Part shown: positions 50,120-61,418 of the stretch, one piece after another
Position numbering within the stretch: position 1 is the first letter of the stretch
Layout: every line of letters begins with the position of its first letter
Assembly (NCBI GenBank): GCA_033723415.1
Contig: JAWVXD010000002.1
Coordinates: 224,001 to 288,000 of the forward strand
Reading direction: 5' to 3'
DNA: 64,000 nucleotides
Source of the DNA: Sulfurospirillaceae bacterium
Lineage (GTDB): Bacteria; Campylobacterota; Campylobacteria; Campylobacterales; Sulfurospirillaceae
The notes under the pieces: model-generated
Seen by the model: the letters and a program-made list of their open reading frames with translations, nothing else
What the model was told of the DNA's origin: nothing
Database searches by the model: none
Translations under genes and position numbers: made by a program

Positions 50120-51455
50120 TTAATACTTTCGTTAAAAAGCAGTATAAATCTTCCATATGAGTTTCTAGCACCTGCTGATCTTGTCCTTCAAGTAGTATTC
50201 TTAGTAAATTCTCAGTCCCTGAATATCTAACTAATACCCTTATAGAATCATTTTCTATTTTTTCGATTATCTCATTATATCCGTTTATCTTCTCTAAAGG
50301 GATTTTCTCTGTTACTATTAGATTCTTCTGTAATTGAGGATAAAGTTTAAATGGATTAAAAAGCTCGCTTATAGGTTTTTTGTCTATCAAAAAACATGCC
50401 ATAACTGCCAAAGAAGATATAAGTGCATCCCCTGTTTTAACGTAATCTGAGAGTATGATATGTCCGCTTTGTTCTCCGCCGAAGTTCAACTCTTTTTGGC
50501 TTAATATCTCCAATACGTATTTGTCTCCAACATTTGATCTCACAAGAGATATACTATGATCCTTCAAATAATCTTCCAACGCTTTGTTGCTCATCACGGT
50601 AGCGCACATACAAGAATTTTTTAGTAACTTTTGTGAATGTAAATAAGTCGCAAGCTTACCAAGAAGTTTGTCTCCGTCTATTATATCTCCATTCTCATCT
50701 ACAACGACTAATCTATCTGCATCACCGTCAAAAGCAAAACCTATATCTGCTCTTAGTTTTCGTACTTCTTCGCCTAATATCTCAGGATGCATCGCCCCAC
50801 AATTTAGATTTATATTGCTTCCGTTTGGATTATTGTTTATGACAACAACATCCGCACCTAGTTCAGTAAATATAGTAGGTGCAACCTTATAAGCAGCACC
50901 GTTTGCAGTATCAAGCACTATTCTGATCCCGCGAAGTGTCAGATTTTTAGGGAAAGAGTTCTTTATATGAACTATATATCGCCCTATTACATCATCTACT
51001 CTTTTCGATCTTCCTATTTCAAACTCTGTTTTTTGATTCTCTTCTATAAGTGCTTCGTCATAATATATTTTCTCAATCTCTGCTTCTGCTTTTTCATCAA
51101 GTTTATTGCCATAAGAATCAAAGAATTTTATACCGTTATCAAAATAAGGATTGTGTGAAGCACTGATCATGATACCGGCATCACATCTCATATCTTCGGT
51201 TAAAAAAGAGATCGCAGGAGTAGGCATAGGACCGATTTGTCTTACATCATAACCAACTGCCGTTAATCCGGAAACTATAGCATTTTCTATCATATAACCG
51301 CTTCTTCTTGTATCTTTTCCTATTAAAAATTTATTTGTTACCGAGTTTTTTCTAAAATAAATACCGGCTGCCATAGCCAAACGCATAGCCATTTGTGCAT
51401 TTAGTTTTTTACCGGCTCTTCCTCTAACGCCATCCGTACCAAAAAGTTTCTTCAT
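50112..51455 (-). CDS. glmM: Phosphoglucosamine mutase
   Basis: [32 protein letters not shown]; start ATG 51455. Confidence 0.98.
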   Translation of the reverse strand: MKKLFGTDGVRGRAGKKLNAQMAMRLAMAAGIYFRKNSVTNKFLIGKDTRRSGYMIENAIVSGLTAVGYDVRQIGPMPTPAISFLTEDMRCDAGIMISASHNPYFDNGIKFFDSYGNKLDEKAEAEIEKIYYDEALIEENQKTEFEIGRSKRVDDVIGRYIVHIKNSFPKNLTLRGIRIVLDTANGAAYKVAPTIFTELGADVVVINNNPNGSNINLNCGAMHPEILGEEVRKLRADIGFAFDGDADRLVVVDENGDIIDGDKLLGKLATYLHSQKLLKNSCMCATVMSNKALEDYLKDHSISLVRSNVGDKYVLEILSQKELNFGGEQSGHIILSDYVKTGDALISSLAVMACFLIDKKPISELFNPFKLYPQLQKNLIVTEKIPLEKINGYNEIIEKIENDSIRVLVRYSGTENLLRILLEGQDQQVLETHMEDLYCFLTKVLND

Positions 51456-51648
51456 AAATCGTCCTAAATTTTTATAAAATTGTATCACAAAATTGTCACT
51501 TTATAATAATATTGTTGCCAACACAGCAATTATATGCGTTTTTCAGAGATTTTAGTCACATTTTGCATAAAAATCTGCTTAAAATAAGTTAGCTTTAATT
51601 TTTGTTTGTGTATAATCTGTGCCTAAATTTTAAATGAAAGGCTAATAC

Positions 51649-51921
51649 ATGGCAGATCATAAGTCAGCGGAAAAGCGTATTAGACAAACTAAGAAGAGAA
51701 CAGAAAGAAATAGATTTTATAAAACTAGAATTAAAAATCTTACTAGAGCTCTTAGAGAAGCTGTTGAGGCTGGTGATAAAGAAGCAGCAGTCGTAGCATT
51801 GAAAAATGTAAACAAAAGCTTCCATTCTTATGCTTCAAAAGGTATTTTAAAACAAAATACAGTTGCACGACGCGTAAGCAGGTTATCTAAATTAGTTAAT
51901 ACGCTAAATAGTGCCGCTTAA
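51649..51921 (+). CDS. rpsT: 30S ribosomal protein S20
   Basis: [26 protein letters not shown]. Confidence 0.98.
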   Translation: MADHKSAEKRIRQTKKRTERNRFYKTRIKNLTRALREAVEAGDKEAAVVALKNVNKSFHSYASKGILKQNTVARRVSRLSKLVNTLNSAA

Positions 51922-51952
51922 ATTGCGGCCCTACTCTCTCACCAGGTTTTAA

Positions 51953-53020
51953 ATGTTAAAAGATAAATTAAAACCATTTTTAGATAGATACAATGAAATC
52001 AGTACACTTTTAAGCGAACCTGATATTTCTAACGACATCAAAAAAATGACTTCACTTTCTAAAGAGCAGTCTTCTTTAGAACCGATCAAAGAAAAAGCTG
52101 AACAATATATCAGTACTTTAGATGCTATAGAAGACAATAAAGCATTGCTTGAAGATAGTGAATTAGCCGATCTTGCAAAAGAAGAGCTTAAAGAACTAGA
52201 AGTCCTTAAAGAACAATTGGAAGAAGATATCAAGATTGCACTTTTACCGGTTGATCCTAATGATGACAAAAATATATTTTTAGAAATCAGAGCAGGAACA
52301 GGCGGTGATGAGGCAGCAATATTTGTAGCAGATCTTTTTAAATCATATATGAGATACGCCGAAAACAAAGGCTGGAAAGTTGAAATTGTCAGCTCAAGCG
52401 AGGGCGTTCTAAATGGATATAAAGAGATAATAGCTCTTATAAAAGGTGAGAATGTCTATTCCAAACTAAAATTTGAAGGCGGCGTTCACAGGGTTCAAAG
52501 AGTTCCCCTTACAGAATCTCAAGGAAGAGTTCATACATCTGCAGTTACGGTTGCAGTTATGCCTGAAGTTGATGATGTAGAAGTCGAGATAAATCCAAAT
52601 GACCTAAAAATAGACGTCATGAGATCGTCAGGAAACGGTGGACAATCTGTCAATACTACAGATAGTGCTGTTAGAATCACTCACTTGCCGACAGGCCTAG
52701 TTGTTGTTAATCAAGATGGAAAATCACAGCATAAAAATAAAGATGCAGCTATGAAGATATTAAAAGCTAGACTTTATGACCTGCAAATGCAAGAACAAAA
52801 TAGTACAGAAAGTGAAAAAAGGAAGCTACAGGTAGGTTCAGGAGATAGAAGTGCCAGAATCAGAACTTACAATTATCCTCAAAACAGAATAACAGATCAC
52901 AGAATAGGGTTGACTCTATACAGACTCGATGCCATAATGGAAGGCGGACTATATGATGAGATCATAGATGTTCTAATGACCCATTATCAAGCAGAATCCA
53001 TCAAAGCTGCCGGATTATAA
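51953..53020 (+). CDS. prfA: Peptide chain release factor 1
   Basis: [11 protein letters not shown], PxT (PLT), GGQ, RTYNYPQ. Confidence 0.99.
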   Translation: MLKDKLKPFLDRYNEISTLLSEPDISNDIKKMTSLSKEQSSLEPIKEKAEQYISTLDAIEDNKALLEDSELADLAKEELKELEVLKEQLEEDIKIALLPVDPNDDKNIFLEIRAGTGGDEAAIFVADLFKSYMRYAENKGWKVEIVSSSEGVLNGYKEIIALIKGENVYSKLKFEGGVHRVQRVPLTESQGRVHTSAVTVAVMPEVDDVEVEINPNDLKIDVMRSSGNGGQSVNTTDSAVRITHLPTGLVVVNQDGKSQHKNKDAAMKILKARLYDLQMQEQNSTESEKRKLQVGSGDRSARIRTYNYPQNRITDHRIGLTLYRLDAIMEGGLYDEIIDVLMTHYQAESIKAAGL

Positions 53021-53724
53021 GAATCATAATATAACAAATTTGTCGTATTTATAAGATTGTCCAGCATTTCCACATATTTTTCTTTTAATTCAGAGTAATT
53101 TATCATTGTTTTTGAGGCATCTAGGCCATTAAAAATCTTATGTTTTTCTCTAAATTGTTCTCTTTTCTCCCTAAACGTTTTATAAGCCATGTTCCTATTT
53201 AGGTTTAAGATATATGCATTTACCGAACTTTGTAAAGTAGCAAAAATCCTGATCTTGTGTGTTTTACCCTCTTCTCTATCATTTGGGATCAACCCTTTAT
53301 CGCCATATGTCCAATGCCCAAATATATTATTTGCTTCTTTGATAAATCTGCTTTTCCCCCATCCGCTCTCAAGCGCTGCTTGTGCCAATGCTAAAGAAAC
53401 AGGGATTATATCAATTCTTTTTAGATATTTATTTTCGGCAAAAAAATCTTTGATCTTGTACTTTTGTGAAAGATAAATCAATTCTGCCAAACTTTCCGTG
53501 TCCAAACCTCTAAAGCTATTATTCAAAGCATTTCTAAAAAATCTTTTGGCAAAAATTCGTTCATTCATAACTATATGATTCCCTTTTTCTATTAAAGGAA
53601 GCAATATCTTTATAAACGCTTTTTTCTGATTTTCAATACCTTGTATCTTGTAGTATGAATCAGGGAAACCTACACTAAAAGACTTGATAACCAGAACCCC
53701 TATTATTAAAATCTTAATCCGCAT
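52987..53724 (-). CDS. Glucosaminidase (Bax/GH73-like) protein
   Basis: [27 protein letters not shown]; likely start ATG 53724 with signal peptide. Confidence 0.88.
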   Translation of the reverse strand: MRIKILIIGVLVIKSFSVGFPDSYYKIQGIENQKKAFIKILLPLIEKGNHIVMNERIFAKRFFRNALNNSFRGLDTESLAELIYLSQKYKIKDFFAENKYLKRIDIIPVSLALAQAALESGWGKSRFIKEANNIFGHWTYGDKGLIPNDREEGKTHKIRIFATLQSSVNAYILNLNRNMAYKTFREKREQFREKHKIFNGLDASKTMINYSELKEKYVEMLDNLINTTNLLYYDSYNPAALMDSA

Positions 53725-54460
53725 CAATACTCGTATCAAAAACTTTTGATACCTTTCCTTTAAAGTACAGTTTGCCATTTTCAATTCTAAGTTCAAGTTC
53801 TTCTTTGCTTGTCGGATATACTTTTGTATAACTCGAAATTTCGCCGTTTTCATACGCACTGAAGAAGCAAGCTGCCATACCTGTACCGCAAGCTAATGTC
53901 TCATCCTCGACTCCACGTTCATATGTTCTGACAAATAAGCCATCATCTTTGATAGATGCAAAATTGACATTTGCATTATAAGCATATCTCATTTTAGCGG
54001 CCAATTCTTTATCAAATTCAGATATATCATCCACAAATGTAATAAGATGAGGGACCCCGGTATCATAAAAGTACCAGTTCCTGCCATCTTGCATAAATTT
54101 ATCTCCAAGTTTTTTTGGATCACTTAATAGAGTTTCCACCACATCTTCTTCAACATAAGAGCTTATAACTCCTGCTTGTGTTAAGAATGACATATCTCTG
54201 TTTGCCAAAGAATTCTTGTAGGCATAGTGTGCACAAGCCCTCGTTCCGTTGCCGCACATTGCAGCATCACTTCCGTCACTATTGTAAAATTGCCATTTAA
54301 AATCATATTCGCTACTAGGTAAAAGCACGATAAGACCATCTGCACCGATCCCGCTTTGTCTATTACATAATCTTTTTGCAAGCTCACTTCTGTCAACTTC
54401 TCTAAAAGTATGAAATATTATAAAATCATTGCCGCTTGCATTATATTTAGATATTTGCAT
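53714..54460 (-). CDS. dapF: Diaminopimelate epimerase
   Basis: GNDF, GIGADG, MCGNG, ERGVEDETLACGTG. Confidence 0.98.
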   Translation of the reverse strand: MQISKYNASGNDFIIFHTFREVDRSELAKRLCNRQSGIGADGLIVLLPSSEYDFKWQFYNSDGSDAAMCGNGTRACAHYAYKNSLANRDMSFLTQAGVISSYVEEDVVETLLSDPKKLGDKFMQDGRNWYFYDTGVPHLITFVDDISEFDKELAAKMRYAYNANVNFASIKDDGLFVRTYERGVEDETLACGTGMAACFFSAYENGEISSYTKVYPTSKEELELRIENGKLYFKGKVSKVFDTSIDAD

Positions 54461-55016
54461 CTAAAAACTCCATAAATCTTTTTGTTTCGTGTTTAAGGTG
54501 TTCCAAGTCTTGAGAATTGTCTATGACAAAATCAGCCATTGCTTTTTTATTTTTTATGTCAATTTGGTTTTCAATTCTTAAAATCGCCTCTTCTCTACTC
54601 AAATCATCTCTCTTTATTAATCTTTCTATTTGTAATTCTCTAGGACAATACACGACTGCAACTGTTGTAGCATCATAATGCCCGCTTTCAAAATATAAAG
54701 GTATATCAACTACATATTTGATTTGAGCCTGTTCTAGCTTTTTTACATCATGATGTATTTTTTCTCTAATTAGCGGATGGATATACTGATTAAGTTTTTC
54801 TCTTTGTGCTTTATCACTGAAAATCAATTTAGCTAGTGCTTTTCTGTCAACTTCATTATTTTGTATATATTTTGCACCAAAAAGCTTCTCAATACTCTTA
54901 GGATTGATCAATTCTCTAGCGATTTTATCGGCATCCACTATAGTATAACCATTTTCTTTCAGTAATTTACAAACTGTTGATTTTCCAGAAGCAATTGAAC
55001 CAGTTATCACAATCAT
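54447..55016 (-). CDS. coaE: Dephospho-CoA kinase
   Basis: TGSIASGKST, DAD, IHP, DIPLYFE. Confidence 0.96.
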   Translation of the reverse strand: MIVITGSIASGKSTVCKLLKENGYTIVDADKIARELINPKSIEKLFGAKYIQNNEVDRKALAKLIFSDKAQREKLNQYIHPLIREKIHHDVKKLEQAQIKYVVDIPLYFESGHYDATTVAVVYCPRELQIERLIKRDDLSREEAILRIENQIDIKNKKAMADFVIDNSQDLEHLKHETKRFMEFLDANI

Positions 55017-55098
55017 TACATCACCTTTATAGTCATTTTAACATATATTTGCTAAAATAATTAATTACTCCACCAATTAAACTATAAAGAGGAACAAC

Positions 55099-56094
55099 AT
55101 GGGTACCGTAAGCTATAAAGATGCAGGGGTTGACATAGATGCCGGAGCAGAGTTTGTAGAAAATATAAAGCCGCTGGTAAAATCAACTTTCAATAACAAT
55201 GTTTTGGGAGGAATCGGCTCATTTGCAGGAGCTTACGAACTGCCAACAGGATATAAAAAACCAGTACTTTTAGGTGCGACTGATGGAGTCGGAACAAAAC
55301 TAAAACTGGCAATAGACTCTGGGAAATTCGATACTGTGGGTATAGATTTGGTTGCGATGTGTGTCAATGATCTGATCTGCAATTTTGGTACTCCTCTATT
55401 TTTCTTAGATTATTATGCGACAAGTAAACTAAATATTGATGAATCTACCGCTGTAGTTAGCGGGATCGCAAAAGGATGTATAGAGGCAGAATCATCACTG
55501 ATAGGCGGAGAAACCGCAGAGATGCCCGGTATGTATGCGCCTAAAGATTTCGATCTTGCCGGATTTGCTGTAGGTATTGCGGAAAAAGACGAACTAAATA
55601 GGCTAACTCACGTAAAAAGCGGTGATGTTCTAGTAGCACTTCCAAGTTCAGGAATTCATTCTAACGGTTTTTCTCTGGTAAGAAAACTCTTTTTTGAAAA
55701 ACTTGATTATAAATTTGATACTTTAGTAGAAGGGAAACCCCTAATAGACATACTTTTAGAGCCGACTCGAATATATGTAAAAATATTTAAAAAACTAAAA
55801 TCCAAAATAAATGCACTTGCACATATAACAGGCGGAGGCATAGTAGAAAATCTACCAAGAGTCTTACCGTCCAATTTACAAGCTGTAGTCTATAAAGAGA
55901 AGATCAAAGTCTTACCGATTTTCGAACTTATGAGCAAACACGTAGAAGAGGTTGAAATGTTTAGAACTTTCAATATGGGAGTAGGTATGATTTTAGTGGT
56001 CGATCCTAGTCATGTTGATTTTGTCTTGGAAAACAGCGACGGGTATGTGATAGGTGAATTAAAAGAAGGCAATCAGGAAGCTATAATAATCTGA
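55099..56094 (+). CDS. purM: Phosphoribosylaminoimidazole synthetase
   Basis: YKDAGVD, TDGVGTK, GGETAEMPG, HITGGG, FNMG. Confidence 0.99.
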   Translation: MGTVSYKDAGVDIDAGAEFVENIKPLVKSTFNNNVLGGIGSFAGAYELPTGYKKPVLLGATDGVGTKLKLAIDSGKFDTVGIDLVAMCVNDLICNFGTPLFFLDYYATSKLNIDESTAVVSGIAKGCIEAESSLIGGETAEMPGMYAPKDFDLAGFAVGIAEKDELNRLTHVKSGDVLVALPSSGIHSNGFSLVRKLFFEKLDYKFDTLVEGKPLIDILLEPTRIYVKIFKKLKSKINALAHITGGGIVENLPRVLPSNLQAVVYKEKIKVLPIFELMSKHVEEVEMFRTFNMGVGMILVVDPSHVDFVLENSDGYVIGELKEGNQEAIII

Positions 56095-56096
56095 GG

Positions 56097-56885
56097 TTGA
56101 TTTTGTATACTGTTTCAAAACTGTTTACTTATATATTTTTGCCTCCTGGTATTTTTATAATTGCTTTGTTGCTGGCAGCATTGTATGCAAAAAGATTTAG
56201 ATCAGTATTTGTATCTGTTGCTTTGTTCTTTTATCTGTTTAGTAATTCTTTTGTTTCTGACGCACTTATGAAACCTTTAGAATCACAATATACCAATGAT
56301 TTACAGATAACAAAAAATGCAGATGCCATAGTTGTTTTATCGGGAGGCAGCATAAGCGGTAGTAAAAATTTACCACTTGGAAGTGATTCATTAAAAAGGG
56401 TCACATGGGGAGTGTTTTTAGCAAAATCACAAAATCTTCCGCTTGTTTTCAGCGGAGGAGGGCTAAATAAACAATATAGCGAATCAAAAGCTTTTCTTGA
56501 GAGTATTAAAGAATTTCAAGATTATCTAAATATACACATTCCGATATCAAAATATCTGCAACTGCATCATTTTAGTGTATGCGTAGAGAATAAAAGTTTA
56601 AACACCTACCAGAATGCTCAATTTTCCAAAAAAATCTTTGAACAAGCAAATATACAAAATCCTATTATATATCTAGTTACTTCAGCATACCATATGAAGA
56701 GAGCAGAGATGATATTTAATCACTTTGGGTTTAGAGTTATACCTGCAGCAACCGACTTTAAAATCGGGGATAATCCAAAAACTATCTGGGATTATTTTCC
56801 AAATATGCAGGCATTCAAAAACAGCTATACTGCGATCCACGAATATTTTGGTATTTTGAGTCTAATTTTAAGAAAAGTTTTATAA
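56097..56885 (+). CDS. YdcF/DUF218 (ElyC-like) protein
   Basis: AIVVLSGG, FSGG, SLNTYQNA, LVTSAYHMKRA, HEYFG. Confidence 0.92.
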   Translation: MILYTVSKLFTYIFLPPGIFIIALLLAALYAKRFRSVFVSVALFFYLFSNSFVSDALMKPLESQYTNDLQITKNADAIVVLSGGSISGSKNLPLGSDSLKRVTWGVFLAKSQNLPLVFSGGGLNKQYSESKAFLESIKEFQDYLNIHIPISKYLQLHHFSVCVENKSLNTYQNAQFSKKIFEQANIQNPIIYLVTSAYHMKRAEMIFNHFGFRVIPAATDFKIGDNPKTIWDYFPNMQAFKNSYTAIHEYFGILSLILRKVL

Positions 56886-56894
56886 GGAGAATCC

Positions 56895-57143
56895 ATGCCT
56901 GAGATCAAAAAACAAAAAAGAGTTATCATTTTCACTGCACCTGGATGCAGCTGGTGTACAACTGCAAAACAATATCTAAAAAGAAACAACATAAAATTCA
57001 AAACAATAGATGTCAGTAAAGATAAAGATGCTGCAAGAGATTGTCAAAAACACGGATGTCATGGCGTGCCTGTACTACTAATCGGCAGTAAATGGATATG
57101 TGGTTTTGACAAACCAAAAATAAATAAAGAATTAAATCTTTAA
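56895..57143 (+). CDS. Glutaredoxin-like (NrdH/YruB) protein
   Basis: CSWC, GVPV, GFD. Confidence 0.9.
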   Translation: MPEIKKQKRVIIFTAPGCSWCTTAKQYLKRNNIKFKTIDVSKDKDAARDCQKHGCHGVPVLLIGSKWICGFDKPKINKELNL

Positions 57144-57153
57144 CGATACGATC

Positions 57154-58485
57154 TTACATCTCTGATAATACTTGCATTGCCACTTTTTTTGAATTAGCAA
57201 CACAATCATTTAATCCAACACCGAAATATGCATTTGAGCTCAAATACAGACCGTTGTGTTGCTTCAATCTATCAAAAAGGATATCCATCCTATCCAAGTG
57301 TCCTAATCTATAATTGGGAATACCTTTTACCCATCTTTTAACATATACGACATCCGGAGTGTCTGATACACCCATAGTCTCTTCTACGCCTTTTAAAGCG
57401 ATCTTGGCAAGTTCTTTATCACTTGTCAATGCTAGTTTTGGATTTCTTTGTCCTCCTATCATGACCCTTAAAGATTTTTTTCCACGAGGAGCTCTGTCAC
57501 TAAATATAGAACTGTCCCATAAGACACCTAGAACCTCTTTTTTTGACGAACTAGTTGTGAGGAGACCAAAACCATTCAGATCATGTTTCATCTCATTATA
57601 GCCCAATCCGACAACGCTTATAGGTGAATATTCGATATCTTTGAGCATATTAGACAACTCTTGATCGATACCCTTTATTAGATTAGCACTATTATATGCA
57701 GGGGTGGAGAGGATAACTTTGTCGAACTCTTTCTTCTCTCCGTTTATCTGCAATAGATATTTTATTTCATTTTTTTCTATTGTTTCTACTTTGATTCCTG
57801 TAAATATTTGTATGTCCTGAGAACCGGCTAATTTGTCTATAAATGTGCTAACACCGCCGACAAAGCTCATCAAAACACCGCCCGGACCTGCTTCTTTTTT
57901 CTTTTTCGCAAGCATACCTCGAAATAATCCTCCATACTCTTGCTCTAATTTTACAACAGCGGGGAAGGCTGATCTTACGGATATTTTATCCGGCTTGGAA
58001 GCAAATATTCCTGCAACCATAGCATCCAAGAATGTATCTGTCATCTCTTTGCCTACTCTTCTGTACCCAAAGTCCTGAAGTGTCTCATCGCTATTATCTT
58101 TTTTTGCAGGTATTAAGATCTCAGCAGCGACTCTAAGTTTGCCAAAGATACTCAAAAGCGGTGTCTTCAAAAATGCACCCGGAGATTCGGGGAGCCTGCA
58201 AAGCATATTTTTGTAAATAAATCTTATCCTTGCATTGTCACTGCTTCTCATAAGAAGTTCTTCACATCCTGATTCTTTTACGAGTTCCAAGGTGCTAGGC
58301 TTATTTGACAAAAATCCGTTGCTTCCTTCTTCAAACAAAAAACCATCAACATCTTTTGTCATCATTTTACCGCCGAGCTTCTCTTCTTTTTCAAAAATTG
58401 AAATCTCGATTTGAGGATTTTGTCGTTTTATATAAAATGCCGTGGCTAACCCACTTATACCGCCGCCAACAATCGCAATTTTCAT
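57154..58485 (-). CDS. hemY: Protoporphyrinogen/coproporphyrinogen oxidase, HemY (FAD) family
   Basis: MKIAIVGGGISGL, LGG, EEGSNGF, GFGLL, IPNYRLGH, GVGLNDCV; start ATG 58485. Confidence 0.9.
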   Translation of the reverse strand: MKIAIVGGGISGLATAFYIKRQNPQIEISIFEKEEKLGGKMMTKDVDGFLFEEGSNGFLSNKPSTLELVKESGCEELLMRSSDNARIRFIYKNMLCRLPESPGAFLKTPLLSIFGKLRVAAEILIPAKKDNSDETLQDFGYRRVGKEMTDTFLDAMVAGIFASKPDKISVRSAFPAVVKLEQEYGGLFRGMLAKKKKEAGPGGVLMSFVGGVSTFIDKLAGSQDIQIFTGIKVETIEKNEIKYLLQINGEKKEFDKVILSTPAYNSANLIKGIDQELSNMLKDIEYSPISVVGLGYNEMKHDLNGFGLLTTSSSKKEVLGVLWDSSIFSDRAPRGKKSLRVMIGGQRNPKLALTSDKELAKIALKGVEETMGVSDTPDVVYVKRWVKGIPNYRLGHLDRMDILFDRLKQHNGLYLSSNAYFGVGLNDCVANSKKVAMQVLSEM

Positions 58486-58486
58486 T

Positions 58487-59683
58487 TTATTTCCTTTTAA
58501 TTTTTGCAAGCCACTCTTGTAATGTTTTTTCAAACCCTATCTCTGAACCGTCATAAAACCTAAGATTTTTCTCTAGATACTCTTGCTCTACCCATCCACC
58601 GAAGTCATGCGGATATTTGTAGTTTTTTGAGCCTAGTTTGGTCAAGTGTTGAGGGGTATTTAATCTTTTTTCATTTTTGACGTAAGCCAATGCTTTATCA
58701 ATCGCCTTATATGAACTGTTTGCCTTTGGGCAAGATGCCAAGTATACGGCTGTTTGTGCCAGTATTATCCTAGCCTCAGGAAAACCTATCTTACTAACAC
58801 TACTCAAACAACTGCTGGCTAGATTTAGTGCATTAGGATTTGCATTTCCTATATCTTCACTAGCCAATATGACTAATCTTCTGGCGATAAAATCTGCGCT
58901 TTCGCCTCCGTCGATCAACCTTGCAAGATAATAAATAGCAGCATCTACATCACTACCTCTAATACTTTTTATCATGGCACTAATAAGATCATAATGCGTG
59001 CCGCTGGCACTAACACCGTCTTTTAATGCGTTTGGTCTCAAGCTTTTAAGAGTCTCCAATTTTATGTTATCATCGATCTTAAGTGTAAACTCTAACAGAT
59101 TTAACATCGATCTAACATCACCTGCAGATGAATTTAGGAGATAATCTTTGGCTTCTTTATCTATTTTAAATGATATCTTTTTTGCTAATTTATCCAAGAT
59201 CTCTTCCATATCTTTTTCTTCTAACAAGAAAAATTCAAATAAGGAAGAACGTGATCTAATCCCGCTCGTCAATGTAAAATACGGATTTTCTGTTGAAGCC
59301 CCTATAATTATGACTTCTTGATTTTCCATAGGCAAGAGTAGGGCTTCTTGCTGGGTTTTTGAAAGCCTATGTACCTCATCTATAAATATCAACGGCTTGA
59401 GAAGTGAATTTTTGTGATTTGCTAAAATTTTTCTAACATCTTCTAACTTAAAATTAGTGGCATCCAGCTCAAAAAAAGGAAGATCCATGCTTTTTGCGAC
59501 TATTTTGGCCAAAGTTGTTTTTCCAACTCCGGCAGGTCCGAAAAATATTGAATGAGAGATACTTTGCTTTTCTAAAAGTACACGAAACGGTGCATTTGGT
59601 GAGCATAGATGTTTTTGACCACACATCTCATCTATAGAAGACGGTCGAAACTTTAGCGAAAAGTTATTTATCACTCTTTTCAC
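58487..59683 (-). CDS. rarA: Replication-associated recombination protein A
   Basis: GPAGVGKT, FIDEVHR, STENP, KSIRGSD, ASEDIGNA. Confidence 0.97.
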   Translation of the reverse strand: MKRVINNFSLKFRPSSIDEMCGQKHLCSPNAPFRVLLEKQSISHSIFFGPAGVGKTTLAKIVAKSMDLPFFELDATNFKLEDVRKILANHKNSLLKPLIFIDEVHRLSKTQQEALLLPMENQEVIIIGASTENPYFTLTSGIRSRSSLFEFFLLEEKDMEEILDKLAKKISFKIDKEAKDYLLNSSAGDVRSMLNLLEFTLKIDDNIKLETLKSLRPNALKDGVSASGTHYDLISAMIKSIRGSDVDAAIYYLARLIDGGESADFIARRLVILASEDIGNANPNALNLASSCLSSVSKIGFPEARIILAQTAVYLASCPKANSSYKAIDKALAYVKNEKRLNTPQHLTKLGSKNYKYPHDFGGWVEQEYLEKNLRFYDGSEIGFEKTLQEWLAKIKRK

Positions 59684-60449
59684 TTTTTGAATATGCTAGA
59701 TAGTCTCTAAGTGCGTCATATTCGCTTGTGCTCAGAAATCTGTGTTTACCAGGTTTTAACATGTCAAGGTCAATCTTTCCGTAACTGACTCTTTTTAGAC
59801 CAACCACTTCAGCATCAAAATATCCAAAGAATCTACGCAACTCTCGATTTTTGCCTTCATTTATAACAACTTTGATAGTAGAATAGGTTGGGGTATTTTT
59901 TATAATCCTATACCCGACAAAAGGTGCAAATTCCATAGAATGGACCTTGCTCATTTCATGTCCGCCTTTACTTGCATCTTCCAAAAACAAGCCTTCTTTC
60001 ATAGCTGTTTGCATATGTTCTGTCACAGGTCCTTTGATCTTTACGTAGTAAATTCTCTCCAAATCTCCATGCATAAGTGCAGATACGATATCCGGAGCAT
60101 CACTTAATAAAAGTAAACCCTCACTTGTATAATCCAATCTTCCGACACTCATAAAATGTGAAAATCTCGGGGGTAGGGTGTCATATATCGTTTTTCTGCC
60201 TCTATCATCTTTTTTACTAACTAACTCACCTTTTTGTTTGTGATACACAATGACCGAGTATTTTGTCTTCTGATAAAGACTTCTACCTTTGATCTTTATT
60301 TTATTATCATACGTTACTTTAGTCGATAAATCCTTCACCACTACGCCATCAACACTAACTTCTCCATTTTCTATAAGCTTGTCAGCCTCACGTCTTGAAT
60401 GTCTAGTATTGTGAGATATCATTTTATTTAATCTTATAGGTTTCATCAT
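59664..60449 (-). CDS. rluB: rRNA pseudouridine synthase, RluB/RsuA family
   Basis: S4 domain SRREAD, VGRLDYTSEGLLL, EGKNRELRR. Confidence 0.9.
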   Translation of the reverse strand: MMKPIRLNKMISHNTRHSRREADKLIENGEVSVDGVVVKDLSTKVTYDNKIKIKGRSLYQKTKYSVIVYHKQKGELVSKKDDRGRKTIYDTLPPRFSHFMSVGRLDYTSEGLLLLSDAPDIVSALMHGDLERIYYVKIKGPVTEHMQTAMKEGLFLEDASKGGHEMSKVHSMEFAPFVGYRIIKNTPTYSTIKVVINEGKNRELRRFFGYFDAEVVGLKRVSYGKIDLDMLKPGKHRFLSTSEYDALRDYLAYSKSEKSDK

Positions 60450-61408
60450 TTTATACCCGCTTCTATGAGATCATGTATGTGAAGAGTGCCGATGACACGA
60501 TGATCTGCATCTACTATCGCAAGCAGTTGTATCTTGTAGGATTCTATAAGATTTAGTACATCGCTAGCCAACAAATTCTCTCCTTCTAGAGTTTTGGGAT
60601 CTTTCGTCGCATAAGCAAGAGCAAGTTCGTCAATCGAAAAATCTTCACGCATTAAAGCACGTCTGAGGTCTCCATCACTTAATATAGCCATCAGTCTGTT
60701 ATTGTCATCTGTTATCATGACATTACCCAGTCTTCCTTCGCTCATGACAACAATAGCCTCCTTCAGATTTGTATCTTTGCCAACTATCGGAAGTTTATCT
60801 GTTCTCATAAGATCTTTTACTTTTATAAAAAGTTTTTTGCCTAGGCTGCCTCCTGGATGAAATGATGCAAAATCTTCTTTTTTAAAGTCTTTTTTTCTCA
60901 TCAAACAAACAGAAAGCGCGTCCCCCATAGCAAGAGTCAGGGTCGTAGATGTCGTAGGAGCCGCATCAAGAGGACAAGCTTCTTTTGACACATTAATAGA
61001 TAAAAATATATCTCCATACTTTCCAAGGGATGAATTCTTGCTTCTTGCCATAGCGATCAAAGGTATATCAAATCTTTTGATGTGTGGGAGTATCTTTATC
61101 AACTCTTCGCTTTCACCGCTGTAACTTATTGCAAGAACGGCATCATTCTTATCTATCATACCAAGATCACCATGCAGGGCTTCTGTCGGATGAATAAAAA
61201 AACTGCTCGTGCCTGTACTTGCCAAAGTCGCTGCTATTTTTGCGCCGATTAATCCGCTTTTCCCGACTCCTATAACAACCAGCTTGCCTTTTATATTGCT
61301 AATAAGTTCAACTGCTTTCACCATCTCATCATCTACCCGTTCGATAGCATCAAGCAGCTCTTTTGCTTCGAGTCTCAACACATCTTTTGCAATTTCTTTA
61401 AAATCCAT
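60446..61408 (-). CDS. kdsD: Arabinose-5-phosphate isomerase (KpsF/GutQ)
   Basis: GVGKSG, HPTEALHGDLG, FHPGGSLG, CBS pair; start ATG 61408. Confidence 0.95.
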   Translation of the reverse strand: MDFKEIAKDVLRLEAKELLDAIERVDDEMVKAVELISNIKGKLVVIGVGKSGLIGAKIAATLASTGTSSFFIHPTEALHGDLGMIDKNDAVLAISYSGESEELIKILPHIKRFDIPLIAMARSKNSSLGKYGDIFLSINVSKEACPLDAAPTTSTTLTLAMGDALSVCLMRKKDFKKEDFASFHPGGSLGKKLFIKVKDLMRTDKLPIVGKDTNLKEAIVVMSEGRLGNVMITDDNNRLMAILSDGDLRRALMREDFSIDELALAYATKDPKTLEGENLLASDVLNLIESYKIQLLAIVDADHRVIGTLHIHDLIEAGIK

Positions 61409-61418
61409 CTTGTACACC

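Noticed and set aside
51949..52368. 139-aa minus-strand ORF and similar antisense ORFs over housekeeping genes
   Set aside because: Shadows of well-supported genes (here prfA).
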